A stretch of 54,221 nucleotides of DNA from Piedraia hortae CBS 480.64 (GCA_010093745.1 MU005981.1:186001-240221); one strand, 5' to 3'; shown: positions 11,330-23,070, counted from the first letter of the stretch. Notes: generated by a model not told the origin, from the letters alone. Numbers and translations: made by a program.

Positions 11330-12085
11330 GACAATTCATTGACCGTCAATGGTCATCATGAATGGCCACCAAACAATGTCTCACATTCCCATCATTGATG
11401 GTCAACGATGGGCGCCTCAACTCTTCACCTACCATTGTTGATGAATTCTGCACCTGAACTAGCGCGAATCTTTGACCGCTCTATTCCGATTGGCCCAAAG
11501 GCCTGCCCTGCACCCATTAGACGAGTGAGAATCGCCCATTCCCAGTATTGATGGTCAATTACCAGCACTCATCCACATCAGTGATGACATTTGACCAGCG
11601 CGCCGGCTTTTTTCACTGACCATCATTGATGCAATCTGACCATTAACTAGCGTAGCCATCTTCCCGCTTAATCTTGATTGGCTCAATATCTGGCCCGCAC
11701 CATTCCGACCAATGAACATCACTCGTTTCTATCATTGATGGTCAATGACGAGCGCCTCTTCTCGTCGATGACCATCATCGATGTCACGACGCGAGGCTAA
11801 GGGCGAGGGTCAGGGCCGAGGAATCGATGAGAGACAAGGGTGAGAGGCTCAAAGCAAGGAGCTATGGACGAGAGGACTGCATAGACCCTATGTGGACTCA
11901 GAACAACGCATGAAGAAGACAAGAGGAAAGTCAGTGTCGCCTGAGTATATGCCGCAGAATGGGGCCACTAGGCTCGGGCCGTGGGCGGACCGGGCCCTTC
12001 CGCATGACGTAGGCCCTGAGCCCTGACAATCGACATGAACTAGCGCGAATTCTTTCCCGCTTTGTTCTCATTGGTCCAAACTACT
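11330..12085. repeat. Degenerate tandem repeat family A (~140-190 bp units)
   Basis: Recurrent ACTAGCG(C/T) at ~11458, ~11647, ~12040, each followed by ATTGG(C/T); repeated TTGATGGTCAA and CATCATTGATG. Confidence 0.65.
11782..12028. mobile_element. Solo LTR (247 bp)
   Basis: Ends TGTCA...TGACA; perfect 5-bp TSD ATCGA at 11777-11781 and 12029-12033. Confidence 0.85.
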
Positions 12086-12104
12086 CCCCAACAACAATTC
12101 TACA

Positions 12105-12400
12105 AAACCAGGGTATCTGAAAATGGCTATGTATCCCAGGTACTGACGTTCTTCTGGGGGTCACACCCACATCAAGCAAATCAACGGTGTCCCTGCCGTC
12201 ATAGGTGTTGAGTGGATGGTTCCGGTACAGCTCCTACTTTTGCCGCAAACTTAATGTCCACATCAACGTAGAGGTTTGTAGGTCGGTCCTAGCCGTCTCT
12301 TACATCCAACAGGTACAGATACAGGAGAGACGGCCGGAAAATACTGGAGGTCGGTGTCGTGACGACCATTGGAATGGAATTGACCACCAGAACCTACTAC
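12105..12400 (+). mobile_element. Helitron Rep fragment, displaced from its normal position
   Basis: TRVSENGY and RKLNVHINVEVCRSVLAVSYI resemble the Helitron Rep consensus ENGYPxY...KxNAHINVEVCxSVxAVKYI. Confidence 0.8.
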
Positions 12401-12849
12401 AAGAATGAAATGTAGGAACGCGAAATCGCTCTATAGCCAACAGTTCGACTTCGAAGGAACCGTGCCTTCAACAACATCCCGGCTTGAAAACACCGGCGGA
12501 CAACAATGCATCGCCGCACTATGCACACTCGCCCGCAAGAAAGGCTTTCCTGATAAGGAGCTTTGATGGCTGTGCAATATAGATGATCGAGACGCTCTTC
12601 TGGCTGCCCTTAGCTGGGAACTTCGAGTAACCGGTCAAGTGTCGCCTTGGCCGATGTGGATGGCACCATCTGGAACCAAATGCTCGTCTTTACGAGGTCC
12701 CTACCGTCCGGAGTTCCCGTCACGAAGTCCTCGCTCGTGCAGAGGAGAGCCCAGCCAAACTCATTACGGTCTTCAACAGTGAGGGTCTAATGGGCATGGC
12801 CGCTAGATGGTGTGCCGCGCGCCTTGGGAAGGAAGTATTCCGCCTCTAA

Positions 12850-15170
12850 TACTTCCAGACCATAGCCGGGCTGAAGATGGACTCCTTCTGGGGCGCAACT
12901 GTGTATTGCGTCCTGGATGTCCTTCAACCCCTCCCAGTGGACAAAACCCGGCATGTTTTCCCGGTAGACTTATAAGGCTTGTGACAAGGGTGGCCACCCC
13001 GTAGTCTAGCAAATGGATGAAATTTCTAGAAGGAATCTGGACAAACCCGCTGAAGGATCAAGGGCTTCCTCGCACCAGTCTCTGATGAGCAATTTGGCGA
13101 CATACATCAGCTTCTCGTCGGGTCGGATGCTCTCATCATCCCAAGCGTCCACCTTTTGCGTGGTGTATCTTCTGGTGATTCATAGGACATCGCCTAGATC
13201 CTCGCACACGTCATCGCCTGGCTCGACGAAGCATCTGCCACCGCTGCATAGGGTCCCACTCGCCGACAGCTTCTTGCCCACCTCCAGGTGGCATTGGCGG
13301 CGTTCACCAAGCGGCAACCAGCTGCATCTGGGCCAACCTCGGTGGCTTCGAGACGAAGGCTGAGTTATTCCACGGAAACATAATCTCCACGTCTGATCGC
13401 ACCTATGCGTACCACTTTGCCAATGCGCCATGGGCAAGCCTTTTGTCTAGTGTACGCTTCGCCGTTGCCCTGCACTCCGGTACAAGCGGTCGCGAACTGC
13501 GCCCAAACTGGAAAATGGTGCAGGTTGAACGTGACCACTCCAAGCGGTTTTCTATCCATTCATCAATACTACTGAGTCCCACTGATTACAAGAGCGGGCG
13601 ACAGCCGATCGATCAACGAGGTTGCGCGACATCTTCACGGGAGATGCATCGGCCCCATGCAGACCACTTTCCAAACGCTGGAATACCTCAGCCACCAGGA
13701 ATATACCTCGGTAATCACCCTTCGTGTGCACTTTGAAAAGACAAACACGCGGTGACGTGTCCGGAGAACGCCACCAACAACCAGCGTCACGCCATTGCTG
13801 AGCAATCATCGAGCACTTTGACAGATTTCTTCACCTACTACGACTCCAACCTGATGGCGACGAAGTTCCTGTACTATGATTTTCCCGAGCACTTTGTCTT
13901 CATGAAAGATAGGGACCGGCGTACTGGGCGCCCAGGCAGAAAAAGGTTGCCATTGGTAGTATGGTTCGCTACCTCTGCTTGATGCTGGCAAAGGTTTCTG
14001 GCCCAAAATCCTTAACGGCATTTCGCACGGTCAACGGCGTCGTGTGAGAGACCTACCGTCAATTCTGCATCACCCTTAGCCTCCTTGATGATGACGGAGA
14101 GTGGGTGGCCTACTTAAGTGAAGCCAGCAGCTCTTCCTCTGGCGCCGCCATGTGTAATCTTTTCGTATCTGCCCTGATGAACTGTGACATACTCGGTCGC
14201 AGCCAGTTGCAGGAACGCTTTAAGCCTTCGATCTATTCTGATCTCGCTTACCGCATCCAGCAAACATTGACTGATGTTCCTTAGCTTTCTGAAGACCCCC
14301 ACTACGACTACGATATATCTTCAAGGTGTGTCCCTGGAGCAGTACGGAAGACAGTTCGGATGCTGTGACTACCGCCGACTCAATGCTATCACCAAATGCG
14401 CGGCTCATGCCCTCCCTGATATACTCGACGAACGCAATCATTCGGATGACAGATCTATGTCGTTAATGGGCATTTTGCGCACGCCATCTGGCTTCCTTTC
14501 CGACACGTGATAGAGGGCGGCGAATCTGATCAAGTGAGAATGCAAGTGAATTTCTCAAGATTCAGTGTGCCCGGATGCCTGGTCTACGCTCATATCCACC
14601 GAAGCGACTCCAAGTCATCTCGCCTACTCAAACTACAACCATGTGCGGCCATGGGGTACCTCGTAGGCTATGACTCAAACAATATCTACCGCATATGGGT
14701 GCCTTCCCGCAACTCTGTCATTCGCACCAGAGATGCCCAGTTTGACCAGGGGTTTGTTCTACGACCCATGGCGAGCCGACTTTGGCAACGTGGTATCCGA
14801 AAACTACTTGAGCCTCTACATCCCGATCCTTGATCCAAAGGAACTAGGCTTAAACTCCGAGCTTATGCCGTGATCATTCCCGATTCAAGTTTTTCATCAA
14901 ATGCGACGACAGCTCCACCCGCAGCATTCCAGGAGCATCGCAACCAGCAGATCTGCAGCACCAGACCTCCCTTATCATTTTGGACGAGGCTCCGATGCAA
15001 CACAAGTTCGATATTTCCGCTGTGAATAAAACCTTGCGCGACATCCTCGAGAGCGAGGGACGTTTGTTTGGAGGCATGCTGGTTGTTGCCGGAGGTGATG
15101 TTGCCTAGACACTTCCGTTGTCCCCCCACGCCACTAAAGCAGCACAGATCGCTTCTTGCATGCAACTACC
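12850..15170 (+). mobile_element. Degenerate Helitron Rep/PIF1 helicase relic, interrupted by a copia fragment
   Basis: SKRF; NEVARHLHGRCIGP; TLTDFFTYY...LYYDFPEHFVF; RTVNGVV*ETYRQFCITLSLLDDDGEW; from 14875 HSRFK...LIILDEAPMQHK...LFGGMLVVAGGD (PIF1). Many stops and frameshifts; left boundary approximate. Confidence 0.85.
14450..14873 (+). mobile_element. Ty1/copia pol fragment (end of integrase plus SH3-like domain)
   Basis: PGCLVYAHI...KLQPCAAMGYLVGYDSNNIYRIWVPSRNSVIRTRDAQFD is typical of fungal copia pol. Confidence 0.85.
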
Positions 15171-15177
15171 GGCTGGC

Positions 15178-16120
15178 CTCATTATTGACGTGTAGGAGGC
15201 CTGGGAGCGAAAAAATTTCACACTTCTGACGCTGGATGTACAGGGTGTCTTGGACTGCGTGCTGTCGGGTAGACTTCAAGTCCACCTACAGGAACAAGGC
15301 TGGCCGTATCTCCTGGTCTGATGGGTTGGATTGTTCATGAGTGGCCGCTCTTGCAGTGTCCGCCTTGAAGATCACCAAACGTCCTACGCCACTCTGCAAT
15401 GCGGCCTTCCCCAAGGCTCGCCAATTTCACCCACTTTGCTCATGTTATATATCCAGCCAATCTTCCACAGCGCGAGCAGGTTTGGGTACGCCGATGATAT
15501 CGTCATTCTTGTCATCGGCAGCTCCACCTCGCAAGCCATGGCTTACCTTCGACGGGAGTACGTAATGTGCAAGTCTGGTGTGGCGATAGCAGAGAGCTTA
15601 CGCTGGCTTGGAGTGTGGCTCGACCTCAGGCTTAAGTTACGCAAACATATCGAGACATGGGAAGCGAAAGCGATGAAAGCTGGTAACCACCTGAGATCAC
15701 TGTCCACCACGCAGCCTTCAATGAAAGTCACAACAAAGCCATTAGAGCCAGTGCTACGCCCTCAACTCCTTGTTTCTGTCCCAGTGGACGCCCGCATCCT
15801 CCTCTGAAGGCATGATACCTCGAAAGAGGATATCGAAGTACGAATACGAGCCATCCCAGCTCGTGGCATTATTTTGTACTCTGACGGCTCAAAATAGGAC
15901 AACGGAACGACCGATGCCGGAGTATGGGTCACACAAGGAGGCGCCCAAATCGTTGGAATCCGGACCCCACTGGCTAAAGGAATAGAGGTCTACGACGCTG
16001 AAGTCATCAGGGCACTTAGGGGCCTTCAAGCCGTTGTCACATTGGGCGCGACCATATATGCCACCAATGTCGTCGTAAATCTCGATAATCAGGAGGACGC
16101 ACGTAGACTTCTCACAGAAT
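15178..16120 (+). mobile_element. LINE (Tad1-like) reverse transcriptase-RNase H fragment, degenerate
   Basis: TLLTLDVQG..D...EQGWP, GLPQGSPISPTLLMLYI, GYADDI, LRWLGVWLD; RNase H-like YSDGSK, EVYDAE, NLDNQ. Confidence 0.88.
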
Positions 16121-16259
16121 AGCCGTTGTGCACTAGGAGCGAACGGTCTGTCCAGCCAGTAGCTTAACTGTCTTCCTGCTCAATGCTCAATTTTCATTGA
16201 CCCAAATATTCCCATGTTTAATTTCGACCAATGAAAACCGTTCATTTCCATTAATTATT

Positions 16260-16790
16260 GTCGCCTCTTTGTTTTGTATTTCATTTTACGTTTGTGGATG
16301 GGTTATGCTCCTATATGAGCTTATGCCCGGACCCTAATGGACGTTAGACGGCGCGGGGCCGACTCCTTCACTCTATGTCTTCTCTTTTGGTCCCCTCCGA
16401 CTGCACCTCTTCCACGTCCATTCTTCGGCCACTCGTGCCATCTTGGTTTCTGGTCAACAGCCTGCGCAGCACGTTGCTGGCAGCTATGCCTTTCGGGCGG
16501 AAGTTAAAGTGCATTGGGGTCTTGAGACTCCCGCAAGAGCAGTGGAGCTCTGCATCGTGGTGATTGAAGCTTTGATGGTACTCGGCAAAGTCGCCGTGCT
16601 TCGTTCTGCACGCGACGAGTTGCCCAAAGGGCTTTTAGTCGGAGGCGCAGTTCCTTTCGCGGCTTGGAAGGAAAGGCGAATGGCCAGCTCCTGGTAGCGC
16701 TGGGGGGGATTCTCGGCCCACCAGTTTCTCGCCGGTGCAGCACTCCAGGCTCGTACTGATCTCTTTATATGAACCAACGTTGGCGGCCTG
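16260..16790 (-). mobile_element. LINE 3' end (Zn-finger C-terminus and A-rich tail), opposite orientation to the RT fragment
   Basis: Minus strand reads WWAENPPQRYQEL, then HGDFAEYHQSFNHHDAELHCSCGSLKTPMHF, followed by A-rich ACAAACGTAAAATGAAATACAAAACAAA. Confidence 0.78.
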
Positions 16791-16844
16791 ACTGGGGCAG
16801 ACGGGTTGACTGGGGCTGATGCTCCCATCTTGGCGAGGGATGAT

Positions 16845-17120
16845 GGACGCCTCAATTTTTCACTGGCCATCAATGATAAGTTTTGGACGTGTCCTAGCGT
16901 AAGTCTGTTCTTGCTCCGTTGCGATTGGCCCAAACGTCTCCTTATGTCACTCCGATCAATGGCAACCAATTGTTCCCATCAATGATGATCAATGATGAGC
17001 GCCTCAACTTATCAATGCCCCATCAATGTTCCACCTCAGACAATAATTAACTCAAACACCTTCCTCTCTAATTTCATTGGTCCCGCACTCTCACCGTCTA
17101 CTAGCGCAAATCACATGGCG
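16845..17120. repeat. Further copies of repeat family A
   Basis: CCATCAATGAT, CTAGCGTAAG...GATTGGCCCAAA, CATTGGTCC and ACTAGCGCAAAT shared with 11330-12085. Confidence 0.55.
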
Positions 17121-18566
17121 CAAATACAAGCCTCTGCCCATCCAGCGTCATCATCCTCCTATTTGTCCGTATTTAAACCACCTTAATGAAGGTGCTAGAC
17201 CTGCTGGTCGCGACTGCCAAACTTGGGAATTTTTAAGGTTTGGAAATTGTGAAAAGGTTTTTTCTGTTTGAGAAGGCGCGATCATGAATTTTGGGACGCA
17301 CGCTAGTGTGTTTCAAAGCGGGCAAGTTAAATTTGAATGGAGGAGTCGGGTGGACTGGGACATAGGTAAACGTCAAAAGATTTTCTTGGATTGGGAATTG
17401 CGAAAAGTTTTATGTGGTTGGCGGTCGCGATCACCAAATTTGGCACACTAGTGTGTTCCATTGTGAGCCAGTCAGGTTGGAATGGTGACCCTGGACGAGC
17501 TCAAAATGGAACAGCAGTCCGATTCTGTATATGGTAGTCACGACCACCAGCTTTGGCACATCCACTAGCATGCTTCAATCTCAGACCAATCAGCATGAAA
17601 CGAAGACACCAGATGAGTCGGAACATGGGATAACAGACCAATTCAAGGCATGGCAGCCGCGATCACCATCCGTGGCACTTCCATTAGTACGTTCCAAACG
17701 AGTACCAATCAGAATGGAGTGATTAGGCCTGGTGGGTTGAAGCATGGGTTGAAAGTCAAAGGATTTAATGGCTTGGCAGTCGCAAACACGGTATTTTGGC
17801 ACATCCACTGGCCTGTTGCAGAGCAAACCAGCCAGAATGGGATGATGGCACCTGATGGGTTGAAACATGGGATTAAAGTCAAGGAAGTTTCAGGGGTGGC
17901 AGTCACGGTAATTTTCTAAGGCTTGGTAGTCGCGACCACCGTATTTTGCACATCCACTGGCGTGCTTTCAATGCGGACCAATATCATTGCAATGATGACG
18001 CTGGATGGAGTGCGACAGGGAATCAAAGAACAAGAAGTCTCTTGGTTTAGCAGTCGCGATTGATTTCGCTGGTCTGGCAGTCACGGCTGCCACTTTTTGC
18101 ACATTCGCTAGCGGGTGGTAAAGGCGAACCAGTCCGGTTGAAAGAAGTTGCCGGATGGGCTGAGACATGCGTAGAAAGTCAAATAACCCTTGCACTCGCA
18201 ATTGTGAGAAATTTTTCAGGCCTGGCAGGCATGACCAGTGATTCTGCTCACCCACTGGCGTGTTGCAAAGGCGGACCATTCAATATGGATTGATGATTCC
18301 AGATAGGTCAAAGCATGGGATAAAAGCCAAAGAATCTCTTGGTTTGACAATTCGGACAAGATTTCTAAAGTCTGGCCGTCGCGACCACCAAGGCTGGCAC
18401 ATCCATTGGTGCCCTTCACGTTCGATCCAGTTACGATGGCATGATAATGCTAGGGGGCGGGACCATGGGCACAAGGTCCAATCTAGCTACGAACTCGCGA
18501 CTACCAGTTTTGGCACATCCACTGCCGTGGTTCAATGCGGGCCAATACGGTTGAAATGGTGGCGCT

Positions 18567-18706
18567 TGTTGTGCAGTTCGCCACGGAGCGATCCGCAGGT
18601 GATGACCCACATCCCTGACTAGGGTTCGAGTACTCAGAAATTTGCTGTAGCTCTAGATACGCGTGTATACTGACACACCTGTGAGGTGCCGCTGCTTATT
18701 AGAACA
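18567..18706. mobile_element. Small solo LTR inserted in array B
   Basis: TGTT...AACA ends, flanks GCGCT/GCGCC (4 of 5 match); removing it restores a repeat unit. Confidence 0.65.
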
Positions 18707-18943
18707 GCGCCGAACAACTTGGGACAGGGGATTAAAGTCACAAGAATGAGTTGGCAATTGCGATAGATTTTTTAGGTTTGACAGTTGCGACCACCGCAAT
18801 TTGACCCCTTTATCGGCATGAATCGAATGCGGACCAGCCAGATTGGAATGATGATTTGGGTCGGGCTGAGATGAGCCTATTTCAGATATGGCAGTCGCGA
18901 CCTACGGCTTTGAAACATTCACTAGCGTGTTGCAAGGGCGGAC

Positions 18944-19138
18944 TGTGTGTCTTGGAAGAGGTGATGTAGAACTAAGGTTGAAGAGCGGCTCCTCACCGCT
19001 CGACTGCAGATGAAAGAGATACCTTAGACAATACCTCAGTTTCATACCGCATCTTCGTCGATGCCCTGTAGAACGTCGAAAGGTCGTGATAGAGGTAGTC
19101 TAAGGCTATTGTGCGTGAATTTACTTCGAAAAGCCACA
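18944..19138. mobile_element. Probable solo LTR inserted in array B
   Basis: TGTG...CACA ends, flanks GGAC/GTAC; splits the GCGGAC|CAGTCAG part of a unit. Confidence 0.55.
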
Positions 19139-19360
19139 GTACCAGTCAGCATGGTGTGATGTTGCTGAATAGGTGGACACATGGGAGCCAGGTTCACTCT
19201 TATATGGAAGTCGCAACTATGTACCACGTTTTGTGCACACTCACTAGCGCATTGCGAAGGTAGACCAATCAGAAGGGAATGATGACGTTGGGTATCAACC
19301 TGGATGGTAATTTTATCAATAAGTCCAGCACTGCCACGTGCTTTTCTTTTTGATTTGCAA

Positions 19361-19462
19361 GTCATCTGCTACGTAGGCGCGGAAGCATGTTCTAGTACAC
19401 GTAGGAAGACTACGGTGTTACTACTTCGCATGTACTCTGCAGCATACTTCCGTGGGCTAACA
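19361..19462. mobile_element. Short LTR-like insertion in array B
   Basis: Non-repeat sequence flanked by TGCAA (19356-19360, 19463-19467), ends CTAACA; left TG not intact. Confidence 0.4.
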
Positions 19463-21803
19463 TGCAATTTTCAAGATATGGCAGTCGTGATCACCATCTT
19501 AGGCGCACCACTGGCGTGTTTTAGATGTAGGTCGATCAAACTGATATTATCACGCCGGATGGCTGGAAACACGGGCACAAAGTCCAATCCCTGGAATGGC
19601 TGTTGCGACCTTGGCTTTCGGCACCTCCGTTAGCGGGCTGCAAAGAGGGTCCAGTCAGGATGAATTGACCATGTTCGATGCGTCGAAGCATGGGATAATA
19701 GTTGAGTTCCAGGTACGGCAACAGCAACCGAGAGACCAAGCACGTCCCTGGCGTGTTTCGATTGCAAGCTAATCGGAAAGGAACTATGACGCCGGATGGG
19801 TAGAAACTTGGGAACAAAGACCGGTACTAGAAATGTCAGTTTCGACCTCCTAACTTGGCATCCTCTGGTCATACCCAATGCATTACCAGCAGGGTAAACA
19901 CCTCTCACACGTTCCCCCCTCCTCTTTGGTCGATAAAACAGAAGCGAAACAATAGCATGCAAGATTTTACCGTTTTGCCCCTCGCCATCTCCATGGGTAT
20001 TGGCAGGGCATGTAGGTCGCACTCTTCCTGATAACTGATATAAACTGGAGAAGGAAGGCACCCCTCTCCATCGATGAAACCCCACAAAGTAAGAGCATCC
20101 CTCATCTTCCTCTTCAGCTCCCTGCTTTCAAGTTGAGGTCACATCATGTGACACCTTCATACATATATCACCAGACACATGTACACACATACACACTCCA
20201 TCTCATCCTTCTCACCTAGTATGCCCTTCAACTCTTCACAAACCCCCTCCTCAAAGTGGGCGCAAAATCTCGCGGAAAGAGCGAACCCGTTACGTGGACA
20301 AAAAAACTATATTAGAATGTCGAGAAGAAGACCTCGGTATAGACTCACAGCTACGGAGTCGAAGGAGAAAAAACACCACATCTCAGAGAAATAGATGAAA
20401 ATATCTACCTCCATACATCGTGACTGATTCCTGGCGTGCATTAGCACGAGTACCGTATATCTTATCGATTTTCCGGATCTGAAAGAAGTACATGAAATCA
20501 ATAGAAACCCTTCTTCAAGATTTCACAGCCCATGAAGCAGCACTAACCCGCATAACACCTCCAGCCAAAATTTTCTCGTCTCAAGAGAGTCAACCCTGCG
20601 CTTGTGCGTAAGATTACGCCGGTGGACCAATGCAAAACCTCGACGCTGAATAAGGCTCTTTTTGCTCTTATAGATGGCCTCTTGCTGGGCATTGCCGCTA
20701 TTTCATTTATTCGTCCTACGCACGACTACTTCGCTATCATTATTTGTCTATAGTATAATTTTACTCCACATGACGGGTTTTGCCCCGGCTGACTTGCTTG
20801 CAGTATACATGGCCCATGCGTCCGCACTTTCATCTATAAGTTCTGCGCACTTTGTTCCAATCACTGTATGCAAATTTCATCACCTGCAGGACCTTGCCCC
20901 GAGCCTCTTTCGCTGCTTTTACAGCGAAGCGGCATGCAGTGGGAAAGTACATACTGCAGAGGGTGATAGTGCCTATATTCGAACTTAGTATGTTCAAATC
21001 ATGATAGTTCTGTTTAGACAAGGTTGGAACATGTTCACTGGGGGGTGAGGGGGTGGTGACGCTGACGTTACATAAAGATGCAGAATCACACCACAAGCTC
21101 TTGCCCAGAACGTAGTATCTTTTAGGTATTTGACTAGGGCTTGGCATCTCATTGGGTAATTCATTCGGGGTGCTCTTGTGTGAGTATCAGCTCTAACCAC
21201 TGGCGCGTCATCGGTTGGTTTATGTACTTTATATGCATACCCTTCTCATCCCTCCTCATTGCCTCAGCCTTGCGCCGTCCATGACCTCCTCTCCCTTTCC
21301 CACCACCTTTCGCCGTGCCCAGCATGCTGGAGTGGGTGAGACGCCTGAAAGCGAAGGGGAAATCTCAATTCTCAAATCAACAAGCTTCCACTGGAGGTGC
21401 TTCCGCCTCTCAACTTCCAGCGTCCACAGTACAACCTTCCCAGCCCTCGCCGTTGCAAAAGCCACCAATCCCGACTCATTTTCAATGGTCGGAAGATGTT
21501 CAGTCTCCCTGGTCAGCTGTCATCACCTGATTGGATGTCGTGCGGGCGAACAATTGTTATTCTCGACCCTGATACAGGCTTTGCTGTTGTGAAATTCACG
21601 AGCAAGACATTCTAATTGATTTCTATAAACCCATGGAGGACTCGTGAACCAGCGAATATATATGCAATTGAGCTTAACTGTTGGCATGTCTATATTCTTC
21701 TATATACAATTGAAAATCCCCACCCAGAAAACACTGTTACGTGTCCGCCTCTTCCATCGCTCTCCAATTACCTTCCCTCCTAACGACATCTCTGCCCCTC
21801 CTT

Positions 21804-22493
21804 TCAACAGCACCGCTCGATCCTTCCTACCTCCTGAGTCCTGAAGGATCTTCTAGAGTGCCAGCGCAACGTCTCACACTTAAGTATAGCATCTAGCTTT
21901 CTTATCTGCTCCGGCGTGGCCCTTGTCTTGTTGAACCCGATGTTGACATTTGCCGTCTCGGAAGACTGCGTGTACGTAAGCATGAGTCCAATGCCCTTAA
22001 GGAAGAACACCTGGGTGTTTGCCTTCATGACAGTTCCCGGAGACCATGCTGACGGTGCCGAGCGGCATGTAGGCGCGGTTATATTCGTGCTGTTCAGGAG
22101 GTTGTCGGCTTCGAGACCCTGCACGGGGAATGGAATATTGGGGTCAGAGGGCGAGAGGTCTATCCAGCGTTGTTGGTACTCCTCGTAGTACTGGCGGGTG
22201 GTATCATAAAATGTCTGTGCAGTCCATTGGGGATGCAAGGTATCAGCCGGCTTGTCATGGCGTCGCTGCTTATTCTGCTGGCGGTTCTTGTCATCTTCTC
22301 AGTCGCACGGCCGCTTTTTACTCCCGGCGTTGGACACCTCTTCGCGGAGTACGCGGTCTTTGCGGAAGTATATTCCCTGCACGGCGGCCTGCGATTTGGC
22401 GATGCAGAACTTTTCTTTTGCAACATGCACGTTTTGCTCCATGTCGGCTATGAGGTTTGCGAAGAGTTTTGCCATGGATTCACTATTGGCCAT
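21804..22493 (-). pseudogene. Pseudogene of a fungal 'RWHPD'-motif protein
   Basis: ORFs 22299-22493 and 21804-22238 share a frame with one internal TGA; IPFP and LKCETLRWHS resemble the 'LKxExxRWHPD' C-terminal motif. Confidence 0.55.
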
Positions 22494-22656
22494 GCCCTTT
22501 GTCCCCCACCCATCATACAGACGCCCATATTCAACAATTTGGTATGATATTTTAGTTCCTTCCCTAGGTCGACGATGCGATCGATGGTCATCTTTGACCT
22601 GCCTGATGTGTTCGGCGGAAATGTGGGTTCCACGGTGTTGACATCATTAAGTATTG

Positions 22657-23070
22657 TGTCGCGATGCTGCCAGGATATAGAGAAGAGGGAAGAGACGCCT
22701 TGGTTACAAAGGAGTGGAATGTAAGTTGCTACTCTTGTTACGGTGCTCAGAGAAAAAGATTCAATAAATCCCAACAACGAGGACAATCCGAACTGCTATC
22801 TACTGGGAAGCTAGGATACTATAAACCAATCCAGAAACACTGCGCATACGCGCTCGATAGGGAGCGTAGCTATGAAAATACCAGCAGGGCGCGTTGTTGT
22901 ATCAGATATTCTGTGCACTTAGGCGGCGCGGGTCGTTCCGCGCACACTCACAGCCTCGCCGTAACAGCTCTACTCTCTGGACCGGCCGGAGGACTATGTA
23001 CGCTGGCTGGGCGGCACCCGAGCAGGGATATGCCAGGATGATGTAAGTGGCTGAGCCTCAGCTCGCGACA
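22657..23070. mobile_element. LTR-like element hosting a second LTR
   Basis: 8-bp inverted ends TGTCGCGA...TCGCGACA; no clear TSD. Confidence 0.45.
22736..22966. mobile_element. Solo LTR (231 bp), nested
   Basis: 8-bp inverted ends TGTTACGG...CCGTAACA; flanks ACTCT/GCTCT. Confidence 0.72.

Larger units (their letters stand above)
17200..19850 (+). repeat. Degenerate tandem array, family B (~16 units of ~115-150 bp)
   Basis: Approximate consensus GGCAGTCGCGACCACC..TTTGGCACATCCACTAGCGTGTTGCAA.GCGGACCAATCAGAATGGAATGATG..CCGGATGGGTTGAAACATGGGATAAAAGTCAAAGAA; cores near 17276, 17424, 17537, 17655, 17779, 17929, 18080, 18227, 18378, 18494, 18784, 18894, 19210, 19484, 19602, 19720. Confidence 0.9.

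Noticed and set aside
17200..19850. CRISPR-like array
   Set aside because: Units are homologous along their whole length and highly diverged; there are no identical repeats with unique spacers and no cas genes.
20179..20660. Possible decayed gene
   Set aside because: Short frames broken by stops, with no recognisable motif.
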